In this document: positions 57,788-64,000 of the stretch, in pieces
Layout: each line of letters starts with the position of its first letter
Numbering within the stretch: the first letter of the stretch is position 1
DNA from: Rickettsiales bacterium
GTDB taxonomy: Bacteria; Pseudomonadota; Alphaproteobacteria; Rickettsiales; UBA998
Direction of reading: 5' to 3'
Assembly: GCA_024304995.1 (NCBI GenBank)
Contig: JAMWZD010000001.1
Span: 385,472 to 449,471, forward strand
Length of the DNA: 64,000 bases
Notes under the pieces: model-generated
Databases searched by the model: none
Told to the model about the DNA's origin: nothing
Seen by the model: the letters and a program-made list of their open reading frames with translations, nothing else
Position numbers and translations under genes: made by a program

Positions 57788-59599
57788 GTGATGAGTGAAC
57801 AAGCCAGCATAGCCAATATTGATATTCAGCCAGATGACCCTGAATGGCTGGTGCTAAAGAAATTTTGTGAGACATTTGATTCTAAACGCATGAAAGAAAA
57901 ATACGCCTGTTCTAAAACTCACAAAATACTTGATGATAATGCTTCTCGCAGAAACGGCTTTATTTCTTGGAATTTTGTATGCTTTTTTACTGTATCGAAT
58001 GAAGCGCAACAACGTATTGCTCCTGAACTAAAACGCTGGAGCCCTTGGCTTTATTCAATATTAGAAAATGTTCTAAATGACCCTTCATACCAAAATGATC
58101 TTAATAATTATTATAACTCATTTATAGATATTCGTAACAAAAGCTACACTTTGGATATGGCAATCTCTATAATTGAAGGAAAGCTTAATAAACATAGCTT
58201 AGATTATGAAATGCCACCGCTTTCACGAATATGCAATATAGAAACTAAATATTTATTTAAGGATGGTACACAGTTAGATTTTTCTGATTACATATTTTTA
58301 TGTGAATTAGGTTTTTCTGGCAACAAAAACAATCCCTATCGCGCCATAGAAGAAAAAAAAGAATCAAATATATTTAAAGCAGCGACGAAACATACCAAAA
58401 ATTTTAGTTTAAAACGCAATTACTGTTATGGTGGGATATATTTCGGTGTATGCGGATTTGAAAAGATAAATCTAAATGGTCTTCATACAACAAATCTTCA
58501 CTTTATATGCAATGAAGCTAACTATATAACGTTGGCTAATATCAAATGTCATTGGTTTAAGCACGAAACTGACAACACTAATAGTATAGATAAATTAGAA
58601 AAAACCGATATTCCTTTCTTATTTATACATAATATATCAAATAAATTTGAACATATAGATATATCTAATCGGCGCATTCGATTATCAATAGATAGTAACA
58701 CGGAAGTCAGAACGTTAAATTTCTTGAATGTAGTTATTGAGAATGACGTTCAATTTGCAAATTTAGAACTTGAGCACGCAACATTTAGCAGTGTTATATT
58801 TGAATCTGATTTTTCTTTTTTGCAAAACACCGTAGAGAAAACTACATACTTCAGGCATTGCAGCTTTAAAGAATCCTCTAATTTCAAAGGCAGTAAGTTT
58901 TCATGTAATGAACTAAATGAAAAATCATTATCCAATAGAGATGAATTGCTGTCTCCTTCTTTCATCAATTCAAATTTTCAATCGGTTCTAAATTTGAAAG
59001 ACACTAATTTTCATGCTCCTCCTCATTTTGAGGGAGTAGAAGCAGATTGTGTGTTATTCGATGAAAAGTCATCCTTCATCAACCACCCTAGCAAAGACCC
59101 AGAACTTGCTGCATCAGCATGGGCATCGTTAGTGCGGCTGGCAGAGCATACGGGCAATATGCGGATGCGTCAGTTATTTCACGCACGCATGATGGAAAAC
59201 GAAAAACGTATGGCAAGCGAAAAAAGTCATGGCTTTTTCTATCATGTATTTCGTATATTAGGAAGCGGCAGAAATACGCTAGTTCCTATAGCATTCTTGC
59301 TTTTGTCTTTTATATGCTTTGGATTGATTTATATGACAAGCTATCTTGCGATAACACCTGAAAAGATAGCGCCACTATATGCAAATGCATTTGATAATGG
59401 ATTTGCACTATCTATGCAGCACACCGCACCCTTCTTTCCAACTGAAAAAGCACTATTGAAAAATTTGCTTCTCCCCTTCAAAGAAAGTCCTATAAACTAT
59501 TTCATCAATTTAGCCCGCTTCGTTCAAACGATTCTCTCAATAGGCTGCATCTTCATGTTCGGTCTCTCCCTCCGCAACCGCTTCCGCATCAAAACCTAG
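57788..59599 (+). CDS. Degenerate pentapeptide-repeat (beta-helix)-like protein with C-terminal transmembrane helices
   Basis: 603 aa. The middle region has F/L-periodic repeats (VQFANLELEHATFSSVIFESDFSFLQNTV..TYFRHCSFKESSNFKGSKFS). C-terminus is ILGSGRNTLVPIAFLLLSFICFGLIY...ILSIGCIFMFGLSLRNRFRIKT. GTG 57788 or ATG 57791 start. AT-rich. Confidence 0.55.
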   Translation: MMSEQASIANIDIQPDDPEWLVLKKFCETFDSKRMKEKYACSKTHKILDDNASRRNGFISWNFVCFFTVSNEAQQRIAPELKRWSPWLYSILENVLNDPSYQNDLNNYYNSFIDIRNKSYTLDMAISIIEGKLNKHSLDYEMPPLSRICNIETKYLFKDGTQLDFSDYIFLCELGFSGNKNNPYRAIEEKKESNIFKAATKHTKNFSLKRNYCYGGIYFGVCGFEKINLNGLHTTNLHFICNEANYITLANIKCHWFKHETDNTNSIDKLEKTDIPFLFIHNISNKFEHIDISNRRIRLSIDSNTEVRTLNFLNVVIENDVQFANLELEHATFSSVIFESDFSFLQNTVEKTTYFRHCSFKESSNFKGSKFSCNELNEKSLSNRDELLSPSFINSNFQSVLNLKDTNFHAPPHFEGVEADCVLFDEKSSFINHPSKDPELAASAWASLVRLAEHTGNMRMRQLFHARMMENEKRMASEKSHGFFYHVFRILGSGRNTLVPIAFLLLSFICFGLIYMTSYLAITPEKIAPLYANAFDNGFALSMQHTAPFFPTEKALLKNLLLPFKESPINYFINLARFVQTILSIGCIFMFGLSLRNRFRIKT

Positions 59600-59612
59600 C
59601 AACCACACCCAC

Positions 59613-59649
59613 AAAAAAAACCGAGAGCCTAAGCTCTCGGTTTCCTTTC
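59613..59649. terminator. Bidirectional rho-independent terminator
   Basis: A-run (59613-59620), stem ccgagagc/gctctcgg (59621-59640, loop ctaa), then tttccttt. Lies between convergent genes. Confidence 0.7.
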
Positions 59650-59666
59650 AAATATCACCAAAAAGA

Positions 59667-60323
59667 CTAAGCTGCTTTCTGGTCTTTGCTTTTGTTGTCA
59701 GTGTTGCTGTTTTTCTTGTCAAATGGCTCACCGCCGATCTTGATTTCGCCCGTCATCTGACCGCCGCGTTCAATTTCGATCTCGCCATAAGAAATGCGAC
59801 CGCGGACTTTTCCGCTTGAATAGATCGTCAAACGGTTTTTCACGATGAGATCACCTTCAAACAGACCGCTAATTTCAGCGTCTTCAATTTCTGCCGTGCC
59901 TTTGAACGACCCCGTACCAGAAATTTCAACCGTATGCACATCTTTCAATGTTGCATCCACCATCCCTTCAATCACCAAACGGTCACAGGTTGCAATTTCA
60001 CCTTTCAGCAAAATGTCATTACCAACCGTCAATACGCGCTTGCTGGATGCTTTTGAAGCTGCACCTGCTGGTGCTGGACGTGCTTCAGCGGGAGCGCCAG
60101 ACCCTGCAGGACGTGCAGGGGCTGCTGCTGCTCCGCCTTGTGGGCTGCCGCCTGGGCGGTATGATGGAGCGCCTGCAGATGGTGCTGGTGCACGACCCGC
60201 TGGAGCGCGGTTTGCATCACCCGGGCGATACCCGCCAGTGGTGTTGCCCTGATTGTTATTGTCTGTTTTATTGTTCATAACGTCTAACTCTTCCTGTGGT
60301 TCTTCGTCTTTTTTACGAAACAT
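59667..60323 (-). CDS. Bactofilin family cytoskeletal protein with Pro/Ala/Gly-rich N-terminal region
   Basis: Bactofilin beta-helix core: LKGEIATCDRLVIEGMVDATLKDVHTVEISGTGSFKGTAEIEDAEISGLFEGDLIVKNRLTIYSSGKVRGRISYGEIEIERGGQMTGEI. Confidence 0.85.
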   Translation of the reverse strand: MFRKKDEEPQEELDVMNNKTDNNNQGNTTGGYRPGDANRAPAGRAPAPSAGAPSYRPGGSPQGGAAAAPARPAGSGAPAEARPAPAGAASKASSKRVLTVGNDILLKGEIATCDRLVIEGMVDATLKDVHTVEISGTGSFKGTAEIEDAEISGLFEGDLIVKNRLTIYSSGKVRGRISYGEIEIERGGQMTGEIKIGGEPFDKKNSNTDNKSKDQKAA

Positions 60324-60492
60324 AAGTTTACTCTCCTAAAAGCCCGACGCCATGCCAGACCCGTTTTTCTTGTATTTCGCAAGACAAAATGTTGCTTCGC
60401 GAAATATTAATTAAGCATAGAAGATTTGTAATGACAAGACAGAATCATAATCAGACTTGCCTAAATACCATTTTTTCCGCATAAACGAGGCT

Positions 60493-61449
60493 ATGGCAGT
60501 TTATACTCAGGTGAATGATGACGATTTGGCAACACTGGTGCAGGCTTATGGTTTCGGTGCGATTGACAAAGCCCTGCCCATTGCGGAAGGCGTGGAGAAC
60601 AGCAATTACCTGATTCATGTGACGGATAAGCACGCGAAACGCTTCAAAGCGATTCTTACCTTGTTTGAAGCGCGAGTGAATGCGTTTGATATTCCGTTTT
60701 ATATGCGGCTGAAGCAACATCTGAGCAGCAAAGGTATCCCCTGCCCTGTGCCGTTTGAGGCGGGTGGCAATCTTTCGGTGAAAGTGGCAGGCAAACATGC
60801 GGTGATTGTGAGTTTTGTGGAAGGGGCAAGCATTTTGCAACCTAACAAAGCTCAGATTGCAGAGGCAGGTGCAATGCTGGCGAAGATGCATCTGGCAGCG
60901 CAGGATTTCCCGATGACACGCCCGAATGCCATGTCATTCACTGGCTGGCACGAGCTGCGCGCGCGCATTGCTGTGCGTTCCAAACGTGACGACGAGCAGG
61001 AGATGCTGAATATTATAGACAAGGAACTGCATTATTTGGCAGAGCATTGGAATGACCGCCTGCCCTCTGGCATTATTCATGCGGATTTATTTCCGAATAA
61101 TGTGTTCTTTGATGCACAGGGGCATTTGAGCGCTGTGATCGATTTTTATTTCGCCTGTCATGATGTGCTTGCCTATGATCTGGCGATTGTGGCGAATGCG
61201 TGGTGCATTAACAGCAATGGCTCGCTACATCAGGAACATTATGATTCGCTGGTAAGCGCCTATGATGCGGTGCGACCATTAGAAGATGCAGAACGTGAGG
61301 CGATACCCATGTTGCTCCGCGCTGCAGCATTGCGGTTTCTGCTCACCCGCCAGCATGACATACTCTACCCAAATAAAGATGCACTATTAATTCCCCATGA
61401 CCCGCAGGAATACTTAGCAATACTTCAATGTCATCAAACTGCAACATAA
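60493..61449 (+). CDS. thrB: Homoserine kinase, type II (ThrB, protein-kinase fold)
   Basis: The internal ATG gives MAVYTQVNDDDLATLVQAYGFG...IAEGVENSNYLI. Also IIHADLFPNNVFF (the APH-type catalytic loop). Confidence 0.85.
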   Translation: MAVYTQVNDDDLATLVQAYGFGAIDKALPIAEGVENSNYLIHVTDKHAKRFKAILTLFEARVNAFDIPFYMRLKQHLSSKGIPCPVPFEAGGNLSVKVAGKHAVIVSFVEGASILQPNKAQIAEAGAMLAKMHLAAQDFPMTRPNAMSFTGWHELRARIAVRSKRDDEQEMLNIIDKELHYLAEHWNDRLPSGIIHADLFPNNVFFDAQGHLSAVIDFYFACHDVLAYDLAIVANAWCINSNGSLHQEHYDSLVSAYDAVRPLEDAEREAIPMLLRAAALRFLLTRQHDILYPNKDALLIPHDPQEYLAILQCHQTAT

Positions 61450-61509
61450 CTGCCCTCATCTCGTAACATTACGTTGCTATTCTATAATGAATAGCGAATA
61501 GAGGAGATT

Positions 61510-62136
61510 ATGTTAGGAAGAATCGCGGAAGGTTGGGTGCAGGGTGGTGCAAATAATAAATATCAGGCGGTGGATAAAGAATTGGCGCGGGTGATTACCT
61601 CTGAATCTTTTTTGGGGCTGGAATCTATTGGTGCAACCGTTTCTGAAGCAACTAACTGGCTGGGGCAACCAGTGGATCGCGTGCGTGGTTTGCTTGGTCA
61701 TCGTTACGCAGCAGAAGAATTTGCGTTGCCCGAAGCATTGCAAGGCACAGAAACTGGAAAAGATATATTAGAATATCGTGAGAAAATGCATGACGCGATT
61801 GCAGCAGGTGCAACAGCAGATATTGCGAAGCTTAACGCAGCACTAAAGCTAAACTTAAAAGAATATAATGCAGCGCGAAAGCTGGAGTTAGACGAAGAAA
61901 ACCTCAAGCACAAAGCAGAAGAAGTGACACTCCCCATCATGCAGGATGCAGGTGGAAACGTGCTGCTTAATGCGGGCGGCATGGCAGCAGGCGCGGCGGG
62001 CGCAGCAGCAACAGGCGCGGTTGGCAAATTGGGCGAACTGGCAGGGCTGGACAGCCCCATGGGGGAAGCAGTGCAAGTGGTGACACAGAATTTGCCAAGC
62101 GCGAAGGCGGAAGGTGTGGCGCAATTAAAAACGTAA
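61510..62136 (+). CDS. Hypothetical protein with Gly/Ala-rich segment
   Basis: 208-aa ORF of backbone-like composition containing AGGMAAGAAGAAATGAVGKLGELAG. No family recognised. Confidence 0.45.
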   Translation: MLGRIAEGWVQGGANNKYQAVDKELARVITSESFLGLESIGATVSEATNWLGQPVDRVRGLLGHRYAAEEFALPEALQGTETGKDILEYREKMHDAIAAGATADIAKLNAALKLNLKEYNAARKLELDEENLKHKAEEVTLPIMQDAGGNVLLNAGGMAAGAAGAAATGAVGKLGELAGLDSPMGEAVQVVTQNLPSAKAEGVAQLKT

Positions 62137-62355
62137 TCACTTCTCCAGCACCCGCGCTTCTTCTCTCAGCAAAATGGGGATGCCGTTTTGAATGGGATAT
62201 GCCAATTCAGCACTTTCGCTAATCAGTTCCTGCGCGGCTTCGTCATATTTCAAAGGTGTTTTGGTGAGTGGGCAGGCGAGAATATCCAGCAAACTCTTGT
62301 CAAACGATGGATTTTGGGTGGATGCGTGCTGCGCCTTTCCTTTGGTTTCTGCCAT
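62137..62355 (-). CDS. Trm112/YcaR (UPF0434) family protein
   Basis: [47 protein letters not shown] is the typical Trm112-like sequence. Confidence 0.8.
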   Translation of the reverse strand: MAETKGKAQHASTQNPSFDKSLLDILACPLTKTPLKYDEAAQELISESAELAYPIQNGIPILLREEARVLEK

Positions 62356-62473
62356 GTTCTGCCTGCCTCAGTTAAAAAATTAAAAAATCGGTTATTTCGT
62401 GCTTGCAAATTATAAATGAAACAGTAATATGCACAACCTAAATGTTGGGCAGCTGCTCACATTGGCAATATAA

Positions 62474-62548
62474 GCGGGTGTAGCTCAGGGGTAGAGCGCA
62501 ACCTTGCCAAGGTTGAAGTCGAGAGTTCGAATCTCTTCACCCGCTCCA
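62474..62548 (+). tRNA. tRNA-Gly (anticodon GCC)
   Basis: Acceptor gcgggtg/cacccgc, anticodon stem caacc/ggttg with loop ttGCCaa, T-loop ttcgaat, encoded CCA. Confidence 0.9.
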
Positions 62549-62635
62549 TTTTCTTCCCCTGTTTTTAACGCAATCCTAACGCATATCATCATATAACTTT
62601 TTGACTTGTTTTTGCATGAGCGTGGCTTATGTTGA

Positions 62636-63631
<996 letters not shown>

Positions 63632-63654
63632 AACAAATAGACCTAATTAACTGT

Positions 63655-63690
63655 AACGGTTTGTGAATTTATTTTCACAAACCGTTTTAT
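63655..63690 (+). terminator. Rho-independent terminator of mdh
   Basis: Perfect 13-bp stem aacggtttgtgaa/ttcacaaaccgtt (63655-63686), loop tttatt, then ttat. Confidence 0.7.
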
Positions 63691-63696
63691 AGAACT

Positions 63697-64000
63697 ATGA
63701 ATGAAAAACCGTTTGCATTTGTATTGATGCCATTTGCTCAAAAGTATAATGATATTTATAAACTTGGAATAAAGGAAGCCGCAAAGCAAACTGGTTTTCA
63801 TGCTGAGCGTGTAGATGAGCAAATTTACACTGAAAACATGCTTGATCGAATCTACAATCAAATTGATGCCTCTGATGTAATCATTGCAGATATGTCTGAA
63901 AGAAATCCTAATGTATTTTATGAGTTAGGTTATGCTGACGCAAAAAATAAAACTTGTATTCTGTTGACCTCCGAAAGCAAAGATATACCCTTTGACTTAC
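63697..64000 (+). CDS. TIR-like / nucleoside 2-deoxyribosyltransferase-like domain protein, 5' part only (runs off the window)
   Basis: Not in the ORF track because there is no stop. ATG 63697 gives MNEKPFAFVLMPFAQKYNDIYKLGIKEAAKQTGFHAERVDEQIYTENMLDRIYNQIDASDVIIADMSERNPNVFYELGYADAKNKTCILLTSESKDIPFDL, the FV.MPF...I...I..aD.vIADlS..NPNV.YELGyA pattern of this fold. AT-rich. Confidence 0.55.
   Translation, partial: MNEKPFAFVLMPFAQKYNDIYKLGIKEAAKQTGFHAERVDEQIYTENMLDRIYNQIDASDVIIADMSERNPNVFYELGYADAKNKTCILLTSESKDIPFDL

Overview
Dense chromosomal segment on both strands. Gene content points to an Alphaproteobacterium (inference from DUF1476 ATPase-inhibitor zeta subunit, type II ThrB, DUF465 pair, bactofilin, TamAB and mdh/sucA); no database search was possible. 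All product calls rest on motifs read from the supplied translations. Housekeeping content: purQ/purS/purC, tamA/tamB, rlmE, ppx, argD, dps, trxB plus a 2-Cys peroxiredoxin, galU-rfbD-rfbA-rfbB, dapD, hsp20, alr, a biotin carboxylase alpha subunit, hldE, phoR-like kinase, prs, gpx, ribE, ribBA, eno, pyrF, sucA, thrB, mdh and three tRNAs (Thr-GGT, Leu-CAG, Gly-GCC). Several short, visibly AT-rich islets interrupt this backbone. The main ones are: (1) an AIPR-like abortive-infection gene bracketed by a perfect 20-bp direct repeat (48685-50277); (2) a DUF4062 (TIR/NDT-like) protein between pyrF and sucA; (3) a 5'-partial TIR/nucleoside-deoxyribosyltransferase-like gene right after mdh at the window edge; (4) an IS200-type tnpA plus a degenerate pentapeptide-repeat membrane protein after sucA. 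A dispersed REPIN/MITE-like palindromic element (26-nt inverted arms, about 78-123 bp) occurs six times, always next to gene ends. One copy appears split by the IS200 element. Other points of interest: a tight five-gene operon (KdpD-C-terminal-type kinase, receiver, glycine-zipper protein, two-HKD phospholipase D, DUF389), an orphan VirB2/TrbC-like pilin gene, tandem four-cysteine lipoprotein paralogues, a glutamine-synthetase catalytic-domain-only ORF, and a RibBA whose GTP cyclohydrolase II half lacks the zinc cysteines. No CRISPR array, rRNA or riboswitch could be supported.
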